DNA of 64,000 bases from Bacteroidales bacterium (GTDB lineage Bacteria > Bacteroidota > Bacteroidia > Bacteroidales > JAFGXI01): positions 20,146 to 84,145 of the forward strand of contig JAFGXI010000017.1 of assembly GCA_016936665.1 (NCBI GenBank), given 5' to 3'. Below the pieces are notes generated by a model. The model was not told where the DNA came from and did no database searches. It worked only from the letters and a program-made list of their open reading frames with translations. Positions within the stretch are counted from its first letter, which is position 1; each line of letters begins with the position of its first letter. Shown here piece by piece: positions 46,754 to 57,128 of this stretch. A program made the translations under genes and the position numbers.

Positions 46754-47827
46754 ATGAGTATCGACACGAATATTCCCAGAGCACTTTGGTTCGACGATGA
46801 TAGAGACAGCTTGGTCGTTGTTGATCAAAAACAATTACCTTTTCGTTATGAGTTAGTGCATTTGACAAGCTACAAAGAATGTATTTTAGCCATTCAAGAC
46901 ATGACCGTTAGAGGCGCTCCGGTGATTGGTGCAACAGCTGCTTTTGCTTTATATTTTGCTTTTGTTCAACATGGATATTCATCGGCATTTTCCATAGCCT
47001 CAAAAGCAATACGTGAGGCAAGGCCAACTGCTGTAAACCTGATGTTTGCTATCGATACATTGCTTAAAAACATCAACTCAAAAACTTCCAAATTGGATGT
47101 GCTCAATTTGGCTAAACAATATGCAGAAAAAGATGTTCAAGATTGTTTTTTAATTGGTGAGCACGGATTGAAAATTATTGAAGCATTGTATGCAAAAAAA
47201 CAAGACACCATTCATATTTTAACCCATTGTAATGCCGGTTATTTGGCAACAGGAGCTCATGGAACAGCGACTGCTCCTATTTATGCAGCGCACAAAAAAG
47301 GTATTCCTGTTCATGTTTGGGTCGATGAAACCAGACCACGAAACCAAGGCGCTAATTTAACAGCTTGGGAACTCCAAAAAAATAAAGTTGATTTCACTAT
47401 TATTGCAGACAATACCGGCGGACATCTCATGCAACATCAGATGGTAGATTTGGTTATTGTTGGCAGCGATAGAACAACAGCAAATGGAGATGTAGCCAAT
47501 AAAATAGGGACATACCTTAAGGCTTTGGCAGCCTACGATAATCAAATTCCATTTTATGTAGCACTACCTACTTCAACCATCGACTTATCTATAAAAAATG
47601 GGGTTAACGAGATTGAAATTGAACAACGAGATGCACGTGAGCTGACGCACATCAAAGGCATCGACAAAAACCAAATAATACAAGAAGTTCAGATTTTTCC
47701 AAATCATGCCAAAGTTGCCAATTACGCTTTCGATGTCACACCGGCAAGGTTTGTTACGGGTCTAATAACAGAGAAAGGTGTTGTAGCTGCAAAAAAAGAA
47801 TCGATTCACGCATTATTCAAAAAATAA
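46754..47827 (+). CDS. mtnA: S-methyl-5-thioribose-1-phosphate isomerase (eIF-2B alpha/beta/delta family)
   Basis: I prefer the ATG at 46754 (MSIDTNIPRALWFDDD). Contains VRGAPVIGATAAF, THCNAG and VGSDRTTANGDVANKIGTY. Confidence 0.85.
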   Translation: MSIDTNIPRALWFDDDRDSLVVVDQKQLPFRYELVHLTSYKECILAIQDMTVRGAPVIGATAAFALYFAFVQHGYSSAFSIASKAIREARPTAVNLMFAIDTLLKNINSKTSKLDVLNLAKQYAEKDVQDCFLIGEHGLKIIEALYAKKQDTIHILTHCNAGYLATGAHGTATAPIYAAHKKGIPVHVWVDETRPRNQGANLTAWELQKNKVDFTIIADNTGGHLMQHQMVDLVIVGSDRTTANGDVANKIGTYLKALAAYDNQIPFYVALPTSTIDLSIKNGVNEIEIEQRDARELTHIKGIDKNQIIQEVQIFPNHAKVANYAFDVTPARFVTGLITEKGVVAAKKESIHALFKK

Positions 47828-47931
47828 TTGAAAAATTTAGTGAAGCGAATCTTGTCTGATTTATTAAGGAAAACACGATCGCGATTGTCAATAGTGGTGT
47901 TATTTAAAATACTCAGTAAAATTTTAAAAAG

Positions 47932-48552
47932 ATGAAAAAAGAGATTGCTTATTATATGAGAAGGCTATATCGCCAAAAACTTACAACAACAAGTGGAGGC
48001 AATATCAGTTTTTTTGAAGATCCGTATATTTACATCACACCAAGCGGTACTGATAAAGGAAGAATTCAAGCTTCAGACATTGCAGTAACCAACATCAATG
48101 GGGACTTTTTAGACTACAAAAAACGTAGTATGGAAACAGCTATGCATTTGGCTATCTATAACGCCCGCCCGGACGTAAAAGCCATTGTACATGCTCACCC
48201 TGTACATGCCACCTCTTTTGCATGTAGAAAATCGATATTTCCGACCAATTACACAAGCGAAGGACGATTGATTTTAGGAGAAGTAGGCATTGCCAAATAC
48301 GCTTTGATGGGGACTGATGATTTGGCAAAATCTGTAGCTCAAACCGCATTAAAGCACAATGTTATCCTAATGGAAAACCACGGCGTTATTGCTTTGGGAA
48401 AAAATTTATTGGAAGCTTTCGATCGACTTGAAGTGCTTGAATTCACAGCGCAATTAATTCATTTTAATCAAAACGGCGAAAATGTTAACCTTTTAAATTT
48501 TCAACAGGTCAAAGACATTGATGAATTTGCAGCAAGATTGAATTCTGAATAA
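47932..48552 (+). CDS. class II aldolase/adducin-family protein (either MtnB-type dehydratase or Ald2-type aldolase)
   Basis: 206 aa. Contains GGNISF...ITPSGTDKG, AIVHAHPVHATSF and MENHGVIALG, and sits next to mtnA. Confidence 0.75.
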   Translation: MKKEIAYYMRRLYRQKLTTTSGGNISFFEDPYIYITPSGTDKGRIQASDIAVTNINGDFLDYKKRSMETAMHLAIYNARPDVKAIVHAHPVHATSFACRKSIFPTNYTSEGRLILGEVGIAKYALMGTDDLAKSVAQTALKHNVILMENHGVIALGKNLLEAFDRLEVLEFTAQLIHFNQNGENVNLLNFQQVKDIDEFAARLNSE

Positions 48553-48634
48553 GACTTTCTATAGTTTGAATAATTTCGAAAAGATCTAAAGAAGTGTAAT
48601 TGTTTTAAATTATAATAACTGAAATTGTACTAAA

Positions 48635-50275
48635 CTATTCATTATCGATATTTTGAATAAACGTATGCAAATCTTGCTCGTTTGACAAGTTTAGTTTTTT
48701 TCGCAAACGATGACGTGCCGTTTTAACGCTATCCGGCGAAATGTTAAGGAATGAAGCCATTTCTTTTATGTTGAAATTAATTTTTATCAGTGCACAAATT
48801 TTATAATCGTTTGAAGTTAAGTTATATGAGTGTTGTTTTAATTTGTAATAAAACTGTTGATTTATTTCTTCGAAATGGGTTTTAAATTTGTTCCACTCTT
48901 CGTCATTGTGTTCGTTAGTTTTTAATGACGCCTTAACCGCTTTGATTAAATGTGGAATATCGTTTTTGTTTTCTGAAACAATTTTGTCAATTTCTTTAAT
49001 TTGATCATTGTATTTTATTTTATTTAAAGCATAAGAAACAAGTTGTTTGTTCTTTAAGTCTATGTCGGATTTTAATAGTTTTTCATTTGTTTTTTGTTTC
49101 TCGATATTCAAGTTTAATATTTCAATATTTCGATTTCTTAATTTAATACGAGTGAGCAAGAATAAGATTGTTAACGCGGCTAAAAACAATATAGATATAA
49201 GAATAAAAATATTTTTATTCTTATTTTTCTTTTCAAGTTCTAAGTTTTTTTCACGTTCCGATAGTAATTTGATAGTTTCGTTTTTTTCTTTCAAATTATA
49301 CACTACTTGAAGATTGATTAGTTTTTCCTTTATTTCAGCACCTTGAATTGAATCGGACAATTGATTAAATAGCTCAAAGTAATACAAAGCTTGATTTGAA
49401 TTATTAGTGGCTTTGTAATATTTATACTGTGATTTAAGAAGTAATTGTTTATTGTAAATGCCAGAAATTTTATTTAGTATAGTTTTATTCTCATGAATAA
49501 TCTTGAGAGCCTTAGAGTAATCGTTCAACGCCAATAGTACATTAATTATTGAATAATTAAGATGAAATATCTGGTATTCATTTTTTAGATTTTTATACAA
49601 AACTTTAGTCTGTTCAAAGTAATCTAATGCTTCTTGAAATTGGCCCATACCAAAATAAGCTTCCCCGATATTATGCATAGAAATGGGAATTGTCGATTCT
49701 TGACCAATTTTTTTTCTTAATTTGAGACTTAAGTTCGAAAAAAAGAGTGAAGAATCATACTTTTCTTTAGACAAGTATATTAAGCTGATGTTTGAAAAGG
49801 CACCTGCTATTTCGGCAGTATCTTTTAATTCTTTTTGAATTTCAAGAAATTTATTAAAATAAAGTAGGCTTTGTTCATAGTCTCTTACCCCCTGAAAAAC
49901 TAGACCAAGTTCGTTATATATTTTAGAAGTTAATATATCGTTTTTGTTATCTTTCAGATCGTTTAATGCTTCGAATAATGCATTGGCCGCTTGCTCATAT
50001 AGTCCGAAAATTTCATACGAATATCCGATTTCGTAGTGCGAAATTGCGACATATTTATCGACGGTCGATCTTTTTGCAATTTCAAGCAATTGTTGGCTCA
50101 ATAATATCCTTTCTGATAAATTATTGTTTTGTAATTTGTATATCTCGTTTAGTTTCTCTTTAAATGTTTTTTCAATATCACTAACAGGGCGTTGTTCGTA
50201 TTGTTTAGCCCAAGAAACTTCAACAAATACCAAAAAGATTATTAAAAAGGGCGTGCTTAGACCTATAAGCTTCAT
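48635..50275 (-). CDS. membrane-anchored TPR sensor with a cytoplasmic LuxR/GerE-like HTH (paralog of 15468-16913)
   Basis: 546 aa with an N-terminal signal/TM, TPR repeats and a TM segment (IFILISILFLAALTILFLL). The C-terminal HTH is SNDYKICALIKINFNIKEMASFLNISPDSVKTARHRLRKKLNL. Confidence 0.75.
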   Translation of the reverse strand: MKLIGLSTPFLIIFLVFVEVSWAKQYEQRPVSDIEKTFKEKLNEIYKLQNNNLSERILLSQQLLEIAKRSTVDKYVAISHYEIGYSYEIFGLYEQAANALFEALNDLKDNKNDILTSKIYNELGLVFQGVRDYEQSLLYFNKFLEIQKELKDTAEIAGAFSNISLIYLSKEKYDSSLFFSNLSLKLRKKIGQESTIPISMHNIGEAYFGMGQFQEALDYFEQTKVLYKNLKNEYQIFHLNYSIINVLLALNDYSKALKIIHENKTILNKISGIYNKQLLLKSQYKYYKATNNSNQALYYFELFNQLSDSIQGAEIKEKLINLQVVYNLKEKNETIKLLSEREKNLELEKKNKNKNIFILISILFLAALTILFLLTRIKLRNRNIEILNLNIEKQKTNEKLLKSDIDLKNKQLVSYALNKIKYNDQIKEIDKIVSENKNDIPHLIKAVKASLKTNEHNDEEWNKFKTHFEEINQQFYYKLKQHSYNLTSNDYKICALIKINFNIKEMASFLNISPDSVKTARHRLRKKLNLSNEQDLHTFIQNIDNE

Positions 50276-50296
50276 AGTTAACTAAATTGAGTTCGA

Positions 50297-50304
50297 CAAA
50301 TTTA
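50297..50304 (-). promoter_or_regulatory. candidate -7 box TAAATTTG for the 48635-50275 regulator
   Basis: Minus-strand TAAATTTG about 22 nt upstream of the ATG at 50275. Confidence 0.35.
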
Positions 50305-50506
50305 CTCATTTTGATTTAAGTACTCTTCTGTTTTGTATTCTATTTTGTTATCTCACTTATACAGTGGACTTTAACTAATTTTTGTTTACTTATTGTCTAC
50401 CTAAAATATTAACTCTTAGCATTGTTGATTACCAATTGACAACACACATTTTTTGGTATATACTATTTGTCAATTCAATTTTGCAGGAAAAATAAATCTT
50501 AAACAA

Positions 50507-50626
50507 ATGAATAAACTGCTTTCAATAATTGGTCTCGTGTTTATAGCTTTTGGCGTTTTGCATTTGGGCTGGGAACAGAGCTATAATGTTTTTCAATTTA
50601 TTAATAAACACAAATATCAAATATGA
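50507..50626 (+). CDS. possible 39-aa single-TM peptide
   Basis: Hand translation: MNKLLSIIGLVFIAFGVLHLGWEQSYNVFQFINKHKYQI. Its stop overlaps the next gene's start (ATGA at 50623-50626). Confidence 0.3.
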   Translation: MNKLLSIIGLVFIAFGVLHLGWEQSYNVFQFINKHKYQI

Positions 50627-53055
50627 AAACAAAAGTACTTATAACTCTCGCCATACTTTCGATTTTCTATTCTTGTAAGAAAGACGAAGAAAAAGAAACC
50701 ACCCCAAATGTAGTTTCAGAAAATACAATTGTTTTTAACGACCAAACTATCGCTTACATTAGTTCATTAGACACCTCGAATTATACTTTTGTTTTCGCCG
50801 GAAGCAATGCACAGATTGCACAATTGAAACAGGGACAAATCATTGTTGACGATACCTCTTCAATTGCTCCCAATGGTTTTCTTCGTAAAATTACATCTAT
50901 AACCAACAACAATGGCATAACAACAGTACAAACCGAACAAGCCAAATTAACAGAGGCTGTTAAATCTGGTAGTATTCATTTCAATAGCGGTCAAGTTAAA
51001 AAATCGAATATCAGGCAAATAGAACTCAGTAAAGATGTTCAGTTTTCGCAAAGTAAATTTTCTGTATTTGCATTCGATTATAACAAAACCATTGAACAAG
51101 GTAATTCAACAATAAATATTTCCGGACATACAGAACTCGACTTAGATTTTTATATGGATTACGAATGGGATTTTGACATTCTAACTCTTACGCCATATAT
51201 ATCAGAATTTGAATCAGGTATAAATATCAATCAATCGGCATCTATTGTAACTTCAGCTCAAAGCGGAATATCATTTGAAGAGCAAATTCCATTAGCAAAG
51301 TTTTACTTAACTCCTTGGATAATTCAAGTTGGCATCGTTCCGGTTGTATTTATTCCCGTAATAGACTTATATATCGATGCAAATGGTCAAATTTCCGGCA
51401 CGTTTACTATGGGCGTTACAGAAAGTTATAATGGTAAACTAGGTACAAGGTACACAAGCGAAAACGGCTTTTCTAAAGTCGATGAAGATAATTACAGTTC
51501 CGGTTACACCTACCCCAGTATAGAGCTCGAAGCTAATTTCGAAACTCATTTGAAAACAGAATTTTCACTTTTGCTTTACGGAATAGCAGGTCCTTTTGCA
51601 AATATTAGTGGTTGTACACAAATGACATCCCACCTCTATCCAATCTCAAACAATTGGGATCTAGACTTGTACGCAGGCTCGCAAGTTCAAGTTGGTTTAA
51701 AAGTAGATGTGATAGGATTTAGCGAAGACTGGGCCGATGATTATTGTCTGTTTAAAACTAATTTATTGCACTTGCAAAATGAACCTATTGGAAATGTGGT
51801 GCAAATAACATCGCCAACAGAAAATTCAAATTACGTAATTGGATATAATATTCCCATCGATGCCTCAGTAACCGGCGAAACACCACAGAAAATTGAATTT
51901 TACATTGATAATATTTTGGTCTTCTCCGATACAGAAGCTCCTTACGAGTATATTTGGGCTACATCGGGTGCAACCCCGGGACTACACCAAATTAAAGTTA
52001 TCGAATATATTGCATCGCAACAAGTTAGCTTAGACGAGCTAAATATTACTCTAAGTACGCCAAGCTGGTCGGAAATCGATTTAAGCAGTCTGGGCATGAG
52101 CAGTTCTACAACTTGTACAGATGTTATGTTTACAGACGAATCTAACGGTTGGATCACAGTAAGAGGCACAGGATATGGCTCTATTTTAAACACATTTGAT
52201 GGTGGTTTAACATGGCAAATTGTAAATTCAAGCATAATACAAATGCACGAGATAACAATGTTTGATGAATCATCGGGTTACGTGTTATCACAAAATATGG
52301 TTCAGAAAACAACCAATGGTGGTCAAAATATTTCCCCAATAGAATATTACGATGGATATAACAATGTTGGAACTTTTGCCCACGACCAAATTACAAATAT
52401 CGATTTTACTCTGAATAACGAACTCATTGCGGTTGGAGAACCTGATGCCAATGATTATTATAATTATTTTTACAGGGTTAACCTAGATACTCATAGCCCA
52501 ATCGGTAGTCCATATCAAATACCATACTTCGATCAGTATCAATCGGTTAAATTAGAAGCTACTGCAAATCTCGTTTTATTGTATTCGATTTATGACGAAA
52601 ATAATTCTACTTCGCAATACTACATGATTTCTACAGATGGTGGAATCAACTTTACGGGGCATCAGTTTAATAATCTATCTACCAATGAGATTTTAAATGG
52701 CGCTTTTATTCTCGACGAAAACAATTTATGGATTGTTGGCGGAAACAATACGAATGGTGCTGTCATATTAAATTCATCGAATGGTGGAACGACATGGAAT
52801 AAATACAACGAATCAAGTTTACCTTATTTTAGTTCTGTACATTTTATAGACTCAAACGAAGGTTATGCTTGCTCAAACAAACAAACTAGTTCTGCCCAAG
52901 CAAAAGTATTTTACACCTCCGACGGTGGACAAACTTGGACTCCTGTTAACGAAGTATCAACAACAGAAGCTATCGAAAAAATTTATTTCAAAGGTAATCA
53001 TCTTGGCTTTGCTGTTGGGCAAGGAGGGATAGTGTATAGATTCTCAAATAATTAA
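50623..53055 (+). CDS. lipoprotein with an Ig-like domain and a C-terminal BNR/Ycf48-like beta-propeller
   Basis: 810 aa with lipobox IFYSC. BNR (Asp-box) motifs are TFDGGLTW, STDGGINF, SSNGGTTW and TSDGGQTW. Confidence 0.7.
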   Translation: MKTKVLITLAILSIFYSCKKDEEKETTPNVVSENTIVFNDQTIAYISSLDTSNYTFVFAGSNAQIAQLKQGQIIVDDTSSIAPNGFLRKITSITNNNGITTVQTEQAKLTEAVKSGSIHFNSGQVKKSNIRQIELSKDVQFSQSKFSVFAFDYNKTIEQGNSTINISGHTELDLDFYMDYEWDFDILTLTPYISEFESGININQSASIVTSAQSGISFEEQIPLAKFYLTPWIIQVGIVPVVFIPVIDLYIDANGQISGTFTMGVTESYNGKLGTRYTSENGFSKVDEDNYSSGYTYPSIELEANFETHLKTEFSLLLYGIAGPFANISGCTQMTSHLYPISNNWDLDLYAGSQVQVGLKVDVIGFSEDWADDYCLFKTNLLHLQNEPIGNVVQITSPTENSNYVIGYNIPIDASVTGETPQKIEFYIDNILVFSDTEAPYEYIWATSGATPGLHQIKVIEYIASQQVSLDELNITLSTPSWSEIDLSSLGMSSSTTCTDVMFTDESNGWITVRGTGYGSILNTFDGGLTWQIVNSSIIQMHEITMFDESSGYVLSQNMVQKTTNGGQNISPIEYYDGYNNVGTFAHDQITNIDFTLNNELIAVGEPDANDYYNYFYRVNLDTHSPIGSPYQIPYFDQYQSVKLEATANLVLLYSIYDENNSTSQYYMISTDGGINFTGHQFNNLSTNEILNGAFILDENNLWIVGGNNTNGAVILNSSNGGTTWNKYNESSLPYFSSVHFIDSNEGYACSNKQTSSAQAKVFYTSDGGQTWTPVNEVSTTEAIEKIYFKGNHLGFAVGQGGIVYRFSNN

Positions 53056-53073
53056 TTTTTAATCGGTTTTAAA

Positions 53074-54576
53074 ATGAAAAAAATATTTATTATTTCGGCA
53101 ATTCTGTTTTTAATAACACAATCATTTTCTCAGACTTGGGAACAAAAAGGACTAGACATTACAGGGTCAGAAACTTACGAACAAATGGGTTTTACTACAG
53201 CACTTAATGAAACCGGTGATATTATGGTTTCAGGTCGTCCTTATACCGATTTCGGATACAGCGACGGAGGCTCCGTTATGGTATTTCAATATCTTTTAAA
53301 TCAATGGGTGCAACTTGGGCAAACCATTCATGGAAATTACACTTATGGATATCTTGGTTATAGCATCGACATCAATGCTTTGGGCAATATTATTGTTGCA
53401 GGTGCCTATGGAAACAACAATGCAAGAGGCGAAGTTAAAGTTTATCAATACAACAATGGACAATGGGAACAAATGGGACAAACCCTTTCGGGAAGCTACG
53501 ACAGTGACGAGTTAGGTTATGCTGTTTCTATCAACGAAGATGGTACAACCATAGCTTTATCAGTCGCTCAAGAAAACACAAGCGAAATATTAGTTGGAGC
53601 AGTATATATTTACGAATTTGATGGAGCAACTTGGAATCAAAAAGGAAATAAAATAACAGGTGTAAACGCATACGACCGAAGCGGGAATGACATATCGATC
53701 AATGGCTCAGGTGATGTGATAATAATTGCAACAAAAGGTGCCGAAACCTCAAATGGAAATAATTCAGGAAATGTTAAAGCATTTGAATGGTCGGGCGAAG
53801 CATGGGTGCAGAAAGGTACCGACATCATTGGAGTGCACACCGGCGAATATTTTGGATACAGTGTTGATGTCGATAATTTAGGCGAAACAATTGTTGTTGG
53901 AACTGTAAGAAACGGCCAACAGTACACCGATGCAGGAAGAGTTGCCGTCTATAAATACATCAATGATAATTGGATTCAAGTAGGTCAAAACCTATATGGC
54001 GATTATGCTAACGATTTCTTTGGGCACGATGTAGCCATCAGTGGAGACGGGAACCGAATTATATGTAGTTCGGATTATTATAGCCAGGCTGACAATGGAA
54101 AAGTTTCTGTTTTCGAAATCAATCAAGATACAATTATTCTGTCTGCTGAATTTATTGGCGATAATAGTTCCGATTTATTTGGGACTTCAGTTGCCATTAG
54201 CCAAAATGGCAATACAATTTCTGTGGGTGCCGTAGATTACGATGGCCCACAAAACGAAATTACAAGTATGGGATTAGTTAGAGTTATGGAACTTAATCAA
54301 ACATCAATACCTTTCGAACCTTCCAATCAAAAAATAAGTTGTTACCCAAACCCGGCAATTCAGTATGTCGTTATTGAAAACTTAGACGCTAAATATAATT
54401 ATCTAGCCGAATGGTTCGATGTTAGCGGAAGAAAAATAAGCCAAACCTACGTCTCTTGCTCAAATAATAAAATAACAGTACCTTCCTTGGGAGACTCAAT
54501 GTATCTTCTAAAAGTTTCTAGAGGCTTTTATTCCCAAGAATTCAAAGTTATTGTCGGCTCAAAAGCATTAAAGTAA
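53074..54576 (+). CDS. FG-GAP-like beta-propeller T9SS-sorted protein
   Basis: 500 aa with a signal peptide. It has the same G.S(V/I).I...G...(V/I)G repeat type as 18151-20715. The CTD is CYPNPAIQYVVIEN...SMYLLKVSRGFYSQEFKVIV. Confidence 0.8.
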   Translation: MKKIFIISAILFLITQSFSQTWEQKGLDITGSETYEQMGFTTALNETGDIMVSGRPYTDFGYSDGGSVMVFQYLLNQWVQLGQTIHGNYTYGYLGYSIDINALGNIIVAGAYGNNNARGEVKVYQYNNGQWEQMGQTLSGSYDSDELGYAVSINEDGTTIALSVAQENTSEILVGAVYIYEFDGATWNQKGNKITGVNAYDRSGNDISINGSGDVIIIATKGAETSNGNNSGNVKAFEWSGEAWVQKGTDIIGVHTGEYFGYSVDVDNLGETIVVGTVRNGQQYTDAGRVAVYKYINDNWIQVGQNLYGDYANDFFGHDVAISGDGNRIICSSDYYSQADNGKVSVFEINQDTIILSAEFIGDNSSDLFGTSVAISQNGNTISVGAVDYDGPQNEITSMGLVRVMELNQTSIPFEPSNQKISCYPNPAIQYVVIENLDAKYNYLAEWFDVSGRKISQTYVSCSNNKITVPSLGDSMYLLKVSRGFYSQEFKVIVGSKALK

Positions 54577-54626
54577 TGTAGAGCATTTGTAATTAATTCA
54601 GAACAGTATTGGTTTGAAATCTTTTT

Positions 54627-54683
54627 AGCCCGATTTTGCAGTAGTTTATTCTTACAATAATATTTCTACTGTTTTATCGGGTT
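54627..54683 (+). repeat. long hairpin AGCCCGAT...ATCGGGTT (possible terminator or REP-like element)
   Basis: AGCCCGATTTTGCAGTAG-N21-CTACTGTTTTATCGGGTT. The terminal octamers are the same as in the short hairpin at 38766-38789. Confidence 0.35.
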
Positions 54684-54824
54684 ATTACATTCATAAACAG
54701 CAATAATCTAAGTTTGTTTAATAATTTGCACCTTATATGCAGATTGCTATCTTTGTTATCGGAATGGAGTAATAATTTAATACTTCACTTAATATATAAA
54801 CTGCAATCTCAATAGGCTTAACTT

Positions 54825-55661
54825 ATGAACAATCTACAATTTCAATGGCAATCGTTCGACGGACATTCATTATTTGGACAATCTTGGATTCCTGAAGAGA
54901 ACCCAAAGGCAGTGATTAACTTTGTTCACGGCATTGGAGAACATAGTTCGAGATACCAAAATTGGATGCCTTTTTTTGTTGAAAATGGCTTTGCTGTATT
55001 TGCAATCGAGTATCGCGGGCACGGACATTCATTTGGGAAAAGAGGTTATATCGAATACTACGAAGATATATTAAAAGATATTGATGTGCTTTTTGAAGAA
55101 TCAAAAAAAGCGTATCCCGATTTGCCACAATTTCTCTATGGGCATAGCTTGGGAGGAAATATTGTTATCAATTACACCCTTAGAAGAAAGCCTGAAATTA
55201 TTGGGCTCATTGCCACTTCTCCTTGGTTGTGGTTAACTAAAGAGCCTCCAAAATGGCAAGTTAATTTGGTAAAATCTATTAAATCGTTTTTAGGCGGACT
55301 TACCATCCCAACCAACATTAAAGCCAATCAGATTACACAAAATTCGGAAATCGTTGAGCATTACAAGAAGGATCCGCTTGTGCATAACAAAATTTCATTA
55401 ACCCTTTTTGCATCGGCATATGAAAATGGGAAATGGGCCGTTGAAAATGCTAAAGCAATGCCCGTTCCGTTTTATTTGTTACATGGAGCTAACGACCCAA
55501 TTACATCGCCAAAGGGAAGTGAAGCTTTTTATAAGAACAATCCCGAAAAAACCCAACTAAAAATTTGGGAAGGAATGTTACACGAACTGCATAACGAACC
55601 CATCAGAGAGCAACATGCTGAGCATATAATCAATTGGATGAATCAACAATTAAATCTATAA
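54825..55661 (+). CDS. alpha/beta hydrolase (lysophospholipase / monoacylglycerol-lipase-like)
   Basis: 278 aa. Contains HGIGEHSSRY, the nucleophile elbow GHSLGG and a C-terminal MLHELHNE. Confidence 0.8.
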   Translation: MNNLQFQWQSFDGHSLFGQSWIPEENPKAVINFVHGIGEHSSRYQNWMPFFVENGFAVFAIEYRGHGHSFGKRGYIEYYEDILKDIDVLFEESKKAYPDLPQFLYGHSLGGNIVINYTLRRKPEIIGLIATSPWLWLTKEPPKWQVNLVKSIKSFLGGLTIPTNIKANQITQNSEIVEHYKKDPLVHNKISLTLFASAYENGKWAVENAKAMPVPFYLLHGANDPITSPKGSEAFYKNNPEKTQLKIWEGMLHELHNEPIREQHAEHIINWMNQQLNL

Positions 55662-55665
55662 CTCA

Positions 55666-56619
55666 TTGTTGTTTCGAACAGAAATAAAAAGTAAGCCATC
55701 GGCTTTTCAAATAGATTATCAATCTAAAATATTGATGATAGGCTCTTGCTTTTCTGATAACATCGGCAATAAATTAAAATCTAGCAATTTCGATGTACTG
55801 AGCAATCCTTTTGGGGTATTATACAATCCTATCTCTGTGGCCACTGCTTTAAGAAACATCCTTAATAACAAGCAATACAATAAATCCGATTTGTTTGTAG
55901 ATCAAGGCTTACATCATAGTTTCGACCACCACAGTATGTTTTCCGATTTGGATGAAACTGTAACATTATATCGAATTAAAGAAGCAAGCTCAACGGCTAG
56001 CAATCATTTAAAGGAAACGCAATTCTTATTTTTAACTTTTGGGACGGCCTTTGTCTATGAACTTAAAGAAACCAGACAAATTGTGTCGAATTGCCATAAA
56101 TTACCCGCTAAGTTGTTCGATCATTATTTACTAAAACCCGAAGCAATTGTTGAGATTTATTCATCATTAATAAATAATTTAAATCAATTTTTACCCAACT
56201 TACAAATCATTTTGACAGTAAGTCCTGTTCGGCATTGGAAAGATGGTGCGCACGAAAACCAAATCAGCAAATCCATTTTGCATTATAGCATACATCAGCT
56301 TGAGCAAATATTTGAAAACGTGAGTTATTTTCCGTCGTACGAATTATTGATGGACGATTTAAGAGATTATCGGTTTTATGAACAAGACCTTATTCATCCA
56401 AACAATTTAGCTGTCGATTATATTTACGAACACTTTCAATCAACTTACTTTAATGCAAGTACGCTAAAACTTGAGCAAGATATTCTTAAAATTAAGAAAG
56501 CTTTACAACATCGGCCCTTTAACCCTGAGAGTGAATCGCATTTGAAATTTTTAAAACAAGTCGACTTACAAATACAAACTTTAAAAAACCGCTTTCCAAA
56601 TATTCATTTTGATTTTTAA
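55666..56619 (+). CDS. GSCFA-domain protein
   Basis: 317 aa with a TTG start. Contains the eponymous motif IGSCFSDNIG and TVSPVRH. Confidence 0.8.
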   Translation: MLFRTEIKSKPSAFQIDYQSKILMIGSCFSDNIGNKLKSSNFDVLSNPFGVLYNPISVATALRNILNNKQYNKSDLFVDQGLHHSFDHHSMFSDLDETVTLYRIKEASSTASNHLKETQFLFLTFGTAFVYELKETRQIVSNCHKLPAKLFDHYLLKPEAIVEIYSSLINNLNQFLPNLQIILTVSPVRHWKDGAHENQISKSILHYSIHQLEQIFENVSYFPSYELLMDDLRDYRFYEQDLIHPNNLAVDYIYEHFQSTYFNASTLKLEQDILKIKKALQHRPFNPESESHLKFLKQVDLQIQTLKNRFPNIHFDF

Positions 56620-56658
56620 ACCTTTGTTTCAGACACACAAAACGATTATTTTTGGATT

Positions 56659-57126
56659 ATGCAAATTACAATAGATATCGAAGTTGTTGAAAATATTGAA
56701 CAACTCTCAGAAATTGAACGAAAACTCGTAGCATCGGCAAAGGCCATTGCCCTCCAAGCTTACGCTCCCTATTCTAAATTTTATGTTGGTGCAGCTGTTT
56801 TACTAAAAAATGGAGAAATAGTAAGCGGGAACAATCAAGAAAATGCGGCGTATCCTTCCGGTTTGTGTGCCGAGCGAACCGCTATTTTTTACGCCAATGC
56901 TCAATATCCGGAACAGTCGATTACTACACTTGCTGTTGCTGTATTTACCAATAATGAATTTACTACACAGCCCGTTACACCTTGCGGAAGTTGCAGGCAG
57001 GTCATGCTTGAAGCAGAAAACAGATACCAACAACCAATGAGGGTAATAATGGTAGGCCAAGAAAAGATTTACATTGCAAACTCAGTAAAGGACTTGTTAC
57101 CTCTTTCTTTCGACGCAATCAAATAA
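56659..57126 (+). CDS. cdd: cytidine deaminase
   Basis: 155 aa. The zinc motifs are CAERTAIF and PCGSCRQVM. Confidence 0.9.
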   Translation: MQITIDIEVVENIEQLSEIERKLVASAKAIALQAYAPYSKFYVGAAVLLKNGEIVSGNNQENAAYPSGLCAERTAIFYANAQYPEQSITTLAVAVFTNNEFTTQPVTPCGSCRQVMLEAENRYQQPMRVIMVGQEKIYIANSVKDLLPLSFDAIK

Positions 57127-57128
57127 GA

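Noticed and set aside
46576-46868. Two overlapping minus-strand ORFs (63 and 64 aa) in the ispG-mtnA spacer and the mtnA 5' end.
   Set aside because: They overlap each other and the mtnA start, have no motifs, and one is antisense to a well-supported gene.
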